Assembly (NCBI GenBank): GCA_030390025.1
Contig: CM059432.1
Coordinates: 4,774,001 to 4,838,000, forward strand
Direction: 5' to 3'
Source: Squalus acanthias
Lineage: Eukaryota
DNA: 64,000 nt
This document shows positions 37,424-48,612 of this stretch, piece by piece; the first letter of the stretch is position 1; every line of letters begins with the position of its first letter. The notes beneath the pieces were generated by a model. That model made no database searches, was not told where the DNA came from, and was given only the letters and a program-made list of their open reading frames with translations. The translations under genes were made by a program, and so were the position numbers.

Positions 37424-38270
37424 AGAGGTATAGCAGTAGGGATTGGGCTGCAGACAGCAAAACTAGTGCTGGTATACAGAAAGAATTTGACAAATAGCAC
37501 GGGCGTGTCAATGGGAAAGCAAAGATTTCTCACAGATAGCGTGCACACTAACAACTGTGACTCAGTGAGTAGCAGTCTCGCCTGAGTCAGCTGGTTGTGG
37601 GTCCAAGTCCTGCTCCAGGGACTTGAGCACAAAAATCTGGGTGTGCAGTGCTGAGGAAGTGCTGCACTGTCGGAGGTGCTGTCTTTCAGATGAGACATTA
37701 AACCGAGCCCTTGTCTGCCCTCTCAGGTGATCGTAAAAGATCCCACGACCACTATTTTGAAGAAGAGCAGGGGAGTTCTCCCCGGTGTTTTGGCCAATAT
37801 TTATCCCTCAATCAACATCACTAAAAAACAGATTATCTGGTCATTATCACATCACTGTGTGTGGGAGCTTGCTGCGTGCAAATTGGCTGCCGCGTTTCCC
37901 ACATTACAACAGGGACTACACTTCAAAAAGTACTTCATTGGCTGTAAAGCGCTTTGGGACGTCTGGTGGTCGTGAAAGGCGCTAGAGAAATGCAAGTTTT
38001 TCCTTCTCATGTGATTATTTTTTTCACCTGGGTGTTGCTCACCGCAGTGTCCAGGAGATGAATCTTTAATCTCTGGAGAACCCTATTTACACTCTGGCGG
38101 TATTCTAAAAAATAACCCCATCACAGCAACAACAACAACTTATATAGCACCTTTAATGTAGTAAAACGTCCCAAGACGCTTCACAGGAGTGATTATAAAA
38201 CAAAATTTGACACCGAGCCACATAAGGAGCTATTAGGGCAGATGACCAAATGCTTGGTCAAAGAGGTAGG

Positions 38271-39341
38271 TTCAACCTCCGTCACCTCCAGTCCAGATCC
38301 AAGGTCGTCCCATCCTCTGTCGTCGAATTACAGTATGCAGACGACGCTTGCGTCTGCGCACACTTGGAGGTCGAACTACAAACCATCGTTAACACCTTTA
38401 CCGAAGCGTACGAGAGCATGGGCCTTACATTAAACATCCATAAGACAAAGGTCCTCTACCAACCTGCCCCCGCCACACAGTACTGCCCCCCGATTATCAA
38501 AATCTATGACAAGGCCTTGGACAACGTGGACCACTTTCCATACCTCGGGAGCCTACTGTCAACAAGGGCAGACGTCGATGACGAAGTCCAACACTGCCTT
38601 CAGTGTGCCAGTGCAGCCTTCGGTCGCCTGAGGAAGAGAGTGTTTGAAGACCAGGACATCAAACTCGGCACCAAGCTCATGGTCTACAGAGCAGTAGTAA
38701 TACCCGCCCTCCTGTATGCCTCAGAGACATGGATCATGTACAGCAGGCACCTCAAAGCACTGGAGAGGTACCACCAACGCTGCCTCCGCAAGATCCTCCA
38801 AATCCATTGGCAGGTTAGGCGCACCAACATCAGTGTTGTCGCCCAGGCCAACATCCCCAGCATCGAAGCTTTGACCACGCTCGATCAGCTCCGATGGACG
38901 GGTCACATCGTCCGCATGCCCGATACGAGACTCCCAAAATAAGCGCTCTACTCGGAGCTCCGACACGGCAAGAGAGCCCCAGGTGGGCAGAGGAAGCGCT
39001 TCAAGGTCACCCTCAAAGCCTCCTTGAAAAAGTGCAACATCCCCACCGACACCTGGGAATCCCTGGCCCAAGACCGCACAAAGTGGAGGAGAAGTATCCG
39101 GGAAGGTGTCGAACACCTCGAGTCTCTTCGCCGGGAACAAGCAGAAGCCAAGCGCAAACAGCGGAAGGAGCGCACGTCAACCCAAGCATCCCACCCACCC
39201 GCCCCTTCAACCACCGTCTGCCCCACCTGTGACAGAGACTGTAGGTCCCGCATTGGACTTTTCAGTCACCTGAGAACTCATTTTTAATGTGGAAGCAAGT
39301 CATCCTCGGTTCCGAGGGACTGCCTGAGAAGAAGAAGAAGA
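38271..39341 (+). mobile_element. RTE-clade LINE fragment (end of RT to 3' tail)
   Basis: LQYADD, MGLTLNIHKTK, FPYLGS, LLYASETW, C-terminal zinc finger; stop at 38940. Confidence 0.95.
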
Positions 39342-40896
39342 AGAGGTATAACAGTAGGGATTGGGCTGCAGACAGCAAAACTAGTGCTGGTACACAGAAA
39401 GCATTTGACAAATAGCACGGGCATGTCAATGGGAAAGCAAAGATTTCTCACAGATAGCGTGCACACTAACAACTGTGACTCAGTGAGTAGCAGTCTCGCC
39501 TGAGTCAGCTGGTTGTGGGTCCAAGTCCTGCTCCAGGGACTTGAGCACAAAAATCTGGGCGTGCAGTGCTGAGGGAGTGCTGCACTGTCGGAGGTGCTGT
39601 CTTTCAGATGAGACATTAAACCGAGCCCTTGTCTGCCCTCTCAGGTGGTCGTAAAAGATCCCACGACCACTATTTTGAAGAAGAGCAGGGGAGTTCTCCC
39701 CGGTGTCCTGGCCAATATTTATCCCTCAATCAACATCTCTAAAAAACAGATTATCTGGTCATTATCACATCACTGTGTGTGGGAGCTTGCTGTGCACAAA
39801 TTGGCTGCCGCGTATCTCACATTACAACAGGGACTACACTTCAAAAAGTACTTCATTGGCTGTAAAGCGCTTTGGGACGTCTGGTGGTCGTGAAAGGCGC
39901 TAGAGAAATGCAAGTTTTTCCTTCTCCTGTGATTATTTTTTTCACCTGGGTGTTGCTCACCGCAGTGTCCAGGAGACGAATCTTTAATCTCTGGAGAACC
40001 CTATTTACACTCTGGCGGTATTCTAAAAAATAACCCCATCACAGCAACAACAACAACTTATATAGCACCTTCAATGTAGTAAAACGTCCCAAGGCGCTTC
40101 ACAGGAGTGATTATAAAACAAAATTTGACACCGAGCCACATAAGGAGAAATTAGGGCAGGTGACCAAATGCTTGGTCAAAGATGTAGGTTTTAAGGAGCG
40201 TCTTAAAGGAGGAAAGAGAGGTAGCGAGGCGGAGATGTTTAGGGAGGGAATGCCAGAGCTTAGGGACTTGGCAGCTGAAGGCACGGCCGCCAATTGTTGA
40301 GCGATTAAAATCGGGATGTTCAAGAGGCTACAAGCATACAATTCTGCTTCGTGGTGAGATTGGGAAATCTATCGACATTCCTCACTCACACTGCTGCAAC
40401 AAACACAGCATAACCTGTTCATTCAACAGGCTGTAACGAGAAGCAATGAGTAGAATACTCATTAAAATCGGGGATGCTCAAGATGTCAGAATTAGAGGAG
40501 CGCAGATATCTCGGGGTGGGGTGGGGGGGGGCGTTGTGGGGCTGAAGGAGATTACAGAGATAGGGAGGGGGCGAGGCCATGGAGGGATTTGTAAACAATG
40601 ATGTGAATGTTGAAATCGAGGTGTCGCTTAATGGGAAGCCAATGTAGGTCAGTGAGCACAGCGGGGATGGGTGAACGGGACCTGGTGTGAGTTGAACTTC
40701 AGAACCACCCATTCACCCCGACAGCACATTTACTATTTTAATCTGTGCTGTATGAGAACAAGGGCTGGAACGAGAGTTGGGAAGTTGCGCTGCTCTTTAT
40801 TTTCAATGGTGACTCAGGAGAACCTTTACTGTTGCTCATTGATGTGGGAGCACTGTTGACATTTTTCCTTTGATATTAGAGGTATAACAGCAGGGT

Positions 40897-41352
40897 CTAT
40901 TTAAGAAAGGAGGGAGAGAGAAAACGGGGAACTACAGACCAGTTAGCCTGACATCAGTAGTAGGGAAAATGCTAGAATCTATTATGAAGGACTGGGCTTG
41001 ACAGGGTAGATGCAGGGAGGATGTTTCCCCTGGCTGGGGAGTCTAGAACCAGGCGTCACAGTTTCAGAATAAGGGGTCGGCCATTTAGGACTGAGATGAG
41101 GAGAAATTTCTTCACTCAGAGGGTGGTGAATCTTTGGAATTCTCTACCCCAGAGGGCTGTGGAGGCTCAGTCGTTGAGTATATTCATGACCGAGATCGAT
41201 AGATTTTTGGATATTAAGGGAATCAAGGGATATGGGTATAGTGCAAGAAAGTGGAGATGAGGTAGAAGATCAGCCATGATCTCATTGAATGGCGGAGCAG
41301 GCTCGAGGGGCCGAATGGCCGACTCCTGCTCCTATTTCTTATGTTCTTATGC
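40897..41352 (+). mobile_element. CR1 fragment, internally deleted
   Basis: GNYRPVSLTSVVGKML joined to MFPLAGESRTR...LWNSLP and 3' UTR. Confidence 0.88.
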
Positions 41353-41475
41353 TCCTAGGGTGGGGCTGCAGACAGCAAAACTAGTGCTGGTGCACAGAAA
41401 GAATTTGACAAATACCACGGGCGTGTCAATGGGAAAGCAAAGATTTCACACAGATAGCGTGCACAGTAACAGCTA

Positions 41476-42295
41476 TGACTCAGTGGGTCGCACTCTCGTC
41501 TGAGTCAGGCGGTTGTGGGTTCAAGTCCCACTCCAGTGACTTGAGCACAAAAATCTAGGCTGGCGCTTCCAGTGCAGTACTCAGCAACGCTGCACTGTCA
41601 GAGGTGCCGTCTTTCAAATGAGATGTTAAACCAACGCCCCTGTCTGCTCCCTCAGGTGGATGTAATGTTGGATATGTTACTGGACCAGTAATCCAGAGGC
41701 CTGGGCTAATGATCTCAGAGACGTGAGTTCAAATCCCACCTCGGCAGCTGTGGAATTTAAATTCAGTTAATTAAATAAATTTGGAATAAAAAAGCTAGTA
41801 TCAGTAATGGTGGCCATGAAACTACCGGATTGTTGTAAAAACCCATCTGGTTCACTAGTGTCCTTTAGGGAAGGAAATCTGCCGTCCTTACCCGGTCTGG
41901 CCTATATGTGACTCCAGACCCACAGCAATGTGGTTGACTCGTAACTGCCCCTCTGAAATGGCCTAGCGAGACACTCAGGGGCAACTAGGGATGGGCAATA
42001 AATGCTGGCCTAGCCAGTGACGCCCACATCCCATAAAAAAAAAATCTGACGGCATTATTTCGAAGAAGAGCAGGGGAGTTGTCCTGGGGCCAATATTTAT
42101 CCCTCAATCAACATCGCTAAAAACAGATTATCTGGTCATTATCACATTGCTGTTTGTGGGAGCTTGCTGTGCGCAAATTGGCTGCCGCGTTTCCCACACT
42201 ACAACAGTGACTACACTCCAAAAAGTACTTCATTGGCTGTAAAGCGCTTTGGGACGTCCTGAAAGGCGCTATACAAATGCAAGTTCTTTCTTTCT
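41476..42295 (+). mobile_element. SacSINE1-like SINE with a nested second-family SINE (about 41665-42044)
   Basis: Both SINE bodies recognisable; inner copy ends cccacatccca + A-run. Confidence 0.85.
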
Positions 42296-42732
42296 TTCCC
42301 TAGTTCAGCAAGTGACGGTTAACTCTGCGAGTTTGAAAATCCATTGGTTACTGATATCCCAATAAGTGTTGGGGTGTGCCCACCTGGGATACACCCCCAA
42401 ACCCCCTTGGTGCTATGGGGACAGGGGAGGTCACCTGAATGAAATAGCCTGGGCAGGTTCCAAGGGGTGGACTAACGCAAGTGCTTACAGGGTCTGTGCC
42501 CAGGAGCCCCAGCTAACTATGGGGCCTCCTGGTAAAACGCGCCATAACACAGAAAGACCACATAGAACCACTGGCGCTGTTTCACTTCACTGCAGTATAA
42601 TGTGTTGTGATTTGCATTATTATTAGTGCAGTGTGTACACTTTCTACAAGCCAATATCTTCATGCATTTTATGACATGTTCAGAATGATACCGGAGCTAA
42701 ATGGGTTCAATAATGAACACAGTTTGCGTAGA

Positions 42733-43590
42733 CTAGGGCTTGTTTCCCCTCGAGTAGAGAAGATTAAGGGGTGATCTAATTGAGGTGTTTAAAATGATCA
42801 AAGGATTTGCTAGGGTAGAGAGAGAGAAACTATTTCCTCTGGAGGGGAGAGTCCAGAACAAGGGGGCGATAACCTTAAAATTAGAGCCAGGCCGTTCAGG
42901 GTTGATGTCAGGAAGCACTTCTTCACACAGAGGGTGGTTGAAATCAGGAACTTGGGATTGCTAGATTTTTGTTGGGCGAGCATATTAAGGATTACGGACC
43001 CAAGGCGGCTAGATGGAGTTAAGATACAGACCAGCCATGATCTAATTGAATGGGGGAACATTCCACCCTAGGTAAACTTGAGGTCATCCAAAACTCGGCT
43101 GCCCGTGTTCTAACTCGCACCAAGTCCCGTTCACCCATCTCCCCTGTGCTCGCTGACCTACATTGGCTCCCGGTTAAGCAGCACCTCGATTTCAAAATTC
43201 TCATCCTTGTTTTCAAATCCCTCCATGGTCCTCGCCCCTCCTTATCTCTGTAATCTCCTTCAGCTCCACAACCCCCTCCGAGATATCTGCGCTCCTCTAA
43301 TTCTGCCCTCTTGAGCATCCCTGATTATAATCGCTCAACCTTTGGTGGCCGTGCCTTCAGCTGCCTGGGCCCTAAGCTCTGGAATTCCCTGCCTAAACCT
43401 CTCCGCCTCTCTACCCCTCTTTCCTACTTTAAGACGCTCCTTAAAACCTACCTCTTTGACCAAGCTTTTGGTCACCTGCCCTTAATTTACCCTGATGTGG
43501 CTCGGTGTCAAATTTTGTTTGATGAATGCTTCTTGGGACTTTTTATTACGTTAAAGGCGCTATATAAATGCAGGTTGTTGTTGTTGTTGC
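42733..43590 (+). mobile_element. CR1 3' fragment followed by an L2 3' fragment
   Basis: CR1 to about 43052; L2 IQNSAARVLTRTKSRSPISPVLADLHWLP from about 43060. Confidence 0.88.
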
Positions 43591-43616
43591 CCATTCCCAT
43601 TTCCACAGATAGAGGA

Positions 43617-43846
43617 ATGGAGAAAAGGCCTCAGAACCTCTGGGCATGAGGACCTGTGGGCCTCTCCTCTCTGAGGTCATACAGTGGCAAGAGAGGCTGC
43701 TGGTGAGGTCAAAGGGCATGCTCCCTGTAAGGTCAGCCAGGTGGCGTGGACGGAGGTGGCAGCGGTCCCGATACGACACTTCTGTGACGCCATGTGCTGG
43801 CGAGCAGTGCCGCCAGAAGTACAATGACCCGACCAGGGCAGGCAAG
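43617..43846 (+). pseudogene. Decayed Myb/SANT-like exon of another Harbinger-type family
   Basis: AWTEVAAV and GEQCRQKYNDPTRAGK followed by gtatgg, the same exon end as the ...RTGK|gt exon of the large elements. Confidence 0.6.
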
Positions 43847-44019
43847 GTATGGCCCCTTTTGACTACGGGGGTTTGAAGTAGGCCGAGGCCGGTGGTGTCA
43901 GCTCACCGTGCGGTGAGGTACAGCGCCCCCTTGTGTTTTTTGTTCAGGTGGTCAGCAATCCAGCCCAAGGCAGTTTCTGAGGATGGACTATTCGAACCTG
44001 TTGCCGTACACGATGAGTA

Positions 44020-45495
44020 GTACCCCATTCCTGCTTTCTCGCCATACCTCTTGATCCCCCTAGTTGTGAGTATTATATCTAACTCCCTTTTGAATATATT
44101 TAGCGAACTGGCCTCAACAACCTTCTGTGGTAGAGAATTCCACAGATTCACCACTCTCTGGGTGAAGAAGTTCCTCCTCATCTCAGTCTTAAATGGCTTC
44201 CCCTTTATCCTTAGACTGTGACCCTTGGTTTTAGTTTTCCCTAACATTGGAAACATTCTGCCCGCATCTAATTTGTCTAAACCAGTCAGGATTTTAAACG
44301 TCTCTATAAGATCCCCCCTCATTCTTCTGAACTCCAGAGGATACAAGTTCAGTTGATCCAGTCTTTCTTGATATGTCAGTCTGGCCATCCCAGGAATCAA
44401 TCTAGTGAACCTTCGTTGCACTCCCTCAATAGCAAGAATGTCCTTCCTCAAGTTAGGAGACCAAAACTGCACACAATACTCCAGGTGTGGCCTCACCAAG
44501 GTCCTGTACAACTGTAGCATCACCTCCCTACTCCTGTACTCAAATCCCCTTGCTAGGAAGGCCATCATGCCATTTGCTTTCTTGACTGCCTGCTGCACTT
44601 GCCTTCCCACCTTCAGTGACTGATGTACCATGACGCCCAGGTCTCGTTGCACCTCCCCTTTCCCTAATCTGCCACCATTCAGGTAATAGTCTGCCTCCCT
44701 ATTTTTACCACCAAAGTGGATAACCTCACATTTATCCACATTGTACTTCATCTGCCATACATTTGCCCATTCACCCTGTCCAAGTCACTCTGTAGCCTCC
44801 TAGCATCCTCCTCATTGTTCACACTGCCTCCCAATTTAGTGTCATCCACAAATTTGGAGATATTACAATTAATCCCTTCATCCAAATCATTAATATACAA
44901 TGTAAACAGCTGGCGCCCCAGCACCGAACCCTGCGGTACCCCGCTGGTCACTGCCTGCCATTCTGAAAAGTACCCATTTACTCCTACTCTTTGTTTCCTG
45001 TGTGCCAACCAGTTCTCAATCCACGTCAACACATTACCCCCAATCCCATGTGCTTTAACTTTGCACACCAATCTCTTGTGTGGGACCTTGTCGAAGGTCT
45101 TCTGAAAGTCCAAATACACCACATCTACTGGTTCCCCCCCGTCCACCCTATTGGAAACATCCTCAAAAAATTCCAGAAGATTTGTCAAGCATGATTTCCC
45201 TTTCACAAATCCATGCTGACTTGGACCTATCATGTCGCCACTTTCCAAATGGTCTGTTATGACATCTTTAATAATTGATTCCAGCATTTTACCCACCACC
45301 GATGTCAGGCTGACCGGTCTATAATTCCCTGCTTTCTCCCTCCCTCCTTTTTTAAAAAGAGGGGTTACATTGGCCACCCTCCACTCCTTCGGAACTGATC
45401 CAGAGTCTAAGGAATGTTGGAAAATGATCGTCAATGCATCCACTATTTCCAAGGCCACCTCCTTAAGTACTCTGGGATGCAGACCATCAGGCCCT
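44020..45495 (-). mobile_element. CR1 RT fragment
   Basis: ORFs 44748-45458 and 43903-44751 with the standard CR1 RT motifs. Confidence 0.95.
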
Positions 45496-46249
45496 TCTTC
45501 TTCGCAACAGTGCCACGGGATCTTTTACGTCCACCTGAGGGAGCAGACGGGGCCTCGGTTTAACGTCTCATCCCTAAAGACGATAAAGATTGGGCTCAGC
45601 CCTGATGCCCCCCCATGCCCGACTTAAGTAGGCCTTACCAGTGCCCATGGAACCACGCAAGTCACCACCTTCAGGGGAGGAAAGGAGAAAAAAGAAGAGA
45701 AATTAGTGCTAATTGCTTTCATTGTTAGGTTATTGCTAGTGGCGCCATGCAGCGATAAGCGGTTACTATTTCGCGACATTCATGCACGATCAATCTCAAT
45801 TAAACTGCGTCTTGATTCACGCTGTTTGATATCTTCAGCGGCGATGACAGACAGTCTGAAACTAGATTAGCTTTGGACTGCTGGCAGGACGGTCAATATT
45901 GACAGATAGAATTCATTGGGTTTGCCAGTCAGGAGGTGTACATTTCTGACACGCCCCATGAAGGTTGGTTTTAGATAATGATCTATAGTTGCTGTAGGAA
46001 CAGCTACCCAAATAGTTGCAGTATTGCGTTATTTTCATCCACTTTGTATGTCCAGGGGGGGAACCTTGCTTTTTCAACTGAACTTATGCAATCTGCAGCC
46101 TTGACCTTAGAAATGTTCAAATTTTAAAGGAATGGAAACATTAACAGAAAATTCAAGTCCAGAGTTCCAAATATATGTTTTCAATTCGCCTCTGTGTCCA
46201 CTGGCGATGGTCCACTGTGTAAAGGGCGGGAAGAGTTATAAAGAATAAA

Positions 46250-46650
46250 AACACTTGCGCCTTTCACCACCACCGGACGTCCAAAGCGCTTTACAACCAA
46301 TGAGCACTTTTGAAGTGTAGTCACTGTTGTAATGTAGGAAACGCAGCAGCCAATTTGCGCACAGCAAGCTCCCACGAACAGCAATGTGATAATGACCAGA
46401 TAATCTGTTTTTTAGTGATGTTGATTGAGGGATAAATATTGGCCCCAGGACACCGGGGAGAACTCCCCTGCTCTTTTTCGAAATAGTGTCATGGGATCAT
46501 TTACGTCCACCTGAGAGCAGGCGGGGCCTCGGTCTAACGTCCCATCCGAAAGACGGCACCTCCGACAGTGCAGCACTCCCTCAGCACTGCGCTGGGAGTG
46601 TCAGCCTAGATTTTTGTGCTCAAGTCTCTGGAGTGGGACTTGAACCCACA
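46250..46650 (-). mobile_element. SacSINE1-like SINE
   Basis: Deu-like core and tail. Confidence 0.85.
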
Positions 46651-47384
46651 ATGATCTTAAAAGTGTCGTTTCGATTTATTTTTAAGGGTCGTTCACGTTT
46701 AAAAAAAAATTAAAAAGCATTTTGGGGATTGGATTGTAAGTTCACTGCAGTGAATCATTATGTAGATGGGCACACCCATGGGATAACATGATACCGAATC
46801 CTATTACTGTATGTTGAAGTACTGTCTATTGCACCTATGCTCTGATAAATTCAATATTGCTTTTGTTACGTGGCATGCTAAATTAACAAAACATATTTGA
46901 AAGTTATATCATAAGGACCATATCATGTTATGCCTGCAGAATGGAAACCAAAACCGTCCTTTGTTCAAACACTAGTGGTTGCTACCGAGATTCAGCCTGG
47001 CCGAGGGAGAGCCTGGTATGCAGATTCTGAGGATAAAGTTCAAAAGCAATGTTTGGATCCGTTTAACGAGCTGCGTAGTTATGGTTACAGGGGTCAAAGG
47101 TTATGTTGTCAGAGGTGCAGCTGGGTAATGAGAAACTCAGTGTTGCTAAGGCTCATGAGTCTGAATTGTACAGCCAGGCCAGATAAAGGGCAGGGGTCAA
47201 CTTCGGTACTATAGTGGGAGCCCTGCTGGAGGTAGTGTTGGAGCAAGTAACACTCGCAATACGTCAGCTGTTTTATGAACGATCGAAGGTTGCGGGGGAG
47301 AAGGATGTCAAAGCACTGGTGTCAAGGGTAGACAGTTACACAGAAGGAAAGACTTCAGCGTTGAGACTTCCATTGATTCCTTGT

Positions 47385-47840
47385 GTCAGCTGTGGCTCAG
47401 TGGGTAGCACACTCACCTCTGCGGTCAGAAGGTTGTGGGTTCAAGTCCCACTCCATGGACTTGAGCACATAAAGCTAGGCTGACCCTCCCAGTGCAGGGC
47501 TGAGGGAGTGCTGCACTGTCTGGAGGTGCCGTCTTTCGGATGAGACGTTAAACCGAGGCCCCGTCTGCCCTCTCGGGTGGACGTAAAAGATCCCACGGCA
47601 CTTTTTCGAAGAAGAGCAAGGGAGGTGTCCCGGGTCCAATATTTATCCCTCAATCAACATCACTAAAACAGATTATCTGGTCATTAATCACATTGCTGTT
47701 TGTGGGAGCTTGCTGTGTGCAAATTGGCTGCTGCGTTTCCTACATTACAACAGTGACTGCACTTCAAAAGTACTTCATTGGCTGTAAAGCGCTGTGAGAC
47801 GTCCGGTGGTCGTGAAAGGCGCTGGAGAGATGCAAGCCTT
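47385..47840 (+). mobile_element. SacSINE1-like SINE, near full length
   Basis: A/B-box head, core, tail. Confidence 0.88.
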
Positions 47841-47904
47841 TCCTTTTGACTGCTGAGGAGAGTTTAGCGTGATGCTCTCCACCGAGCACTGCTGCCTCTG
47901 AAGA

Positions 47905-48375
47905 AGTGTCTGAAAGGGGTGGAGGAGCAGCGGGATCTGGGGGTACAAATCGCTAAAAGTAGCGACGCAGGTTAACAAGGCCATTAAAAAAAGCAATCCA
48001 AGCGCTGGGGTCCATTTCTGGAGGGATAGACTTGAAAAGCCGAGAAGTTGTGTTGAACTTGTATGGAACCATGGTTAGACCACACTTGGGGCACTGCGAA
48101 CGGTTCTGGTCTCCGTGTTATCAAAAGGATATAGAGGCACTGGAGAAGGTGCCAAAAAAAGATTTACTGGAATGATACCAGGACTGAGAGGTTATACCTA
48201 TCAGGAAAGATTGAACAGGCTGGGGCTTTCTTCTCTAAAAAAGTGAAGGCTGAGGGGTGACCTGATAGAGATCTTTAAGATAATGAAAGGGTTCGATAGG
48301 GTAGACTTTCCCACTTGAGGGGAGTCCAAAACTAGGGGCCATAAATACAAACTAGTCACTAATAAATCCAATAGG
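47905..48375 (+). mobile_element. Old CR1 fragment
   Basis: Degenerate EQRDLG, VRPHL, RLRGDLIE. Confidence 0.75.
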
Positions 48376-48612
48376 CCTTGGCAGGGTGGGGTGGGGGGAG
48401 ATAGCGGGGCGGGGGGAAGGCGAACAGGAGTGGGTATAACTGTGGAGACAAGAGGAGCACGCCTGCTCCTCCTGGCTCTACATTGAGGTCAGTGAAACAA
48501 TGTTTACTTAACTTGTGTAAGAATATATGTCTATTTACATTGGGGTTTTTTGTTAATACAAAACAAAGACAGAGCAGCTAATGCAGCAATTATAGTTAGA
48601 CCACCTGAGTAA

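Larger units (their letters stand above)
36410..41600. repeat. Complex local duplication: block A at 36410-36976 and 40313-40882; block C at 37424-38272 and 39342-40190, with a partial third copy from about 41357
   Basis: Near-identical direct copies that include unique sequence and shared repeat junctions. Confidence 0.93.

Noticed and set aside
42367..42549. Small TG...CA bounded segment as a mini-LTR
   Set aside because: No TSD or polyA signal, and single copy in the window
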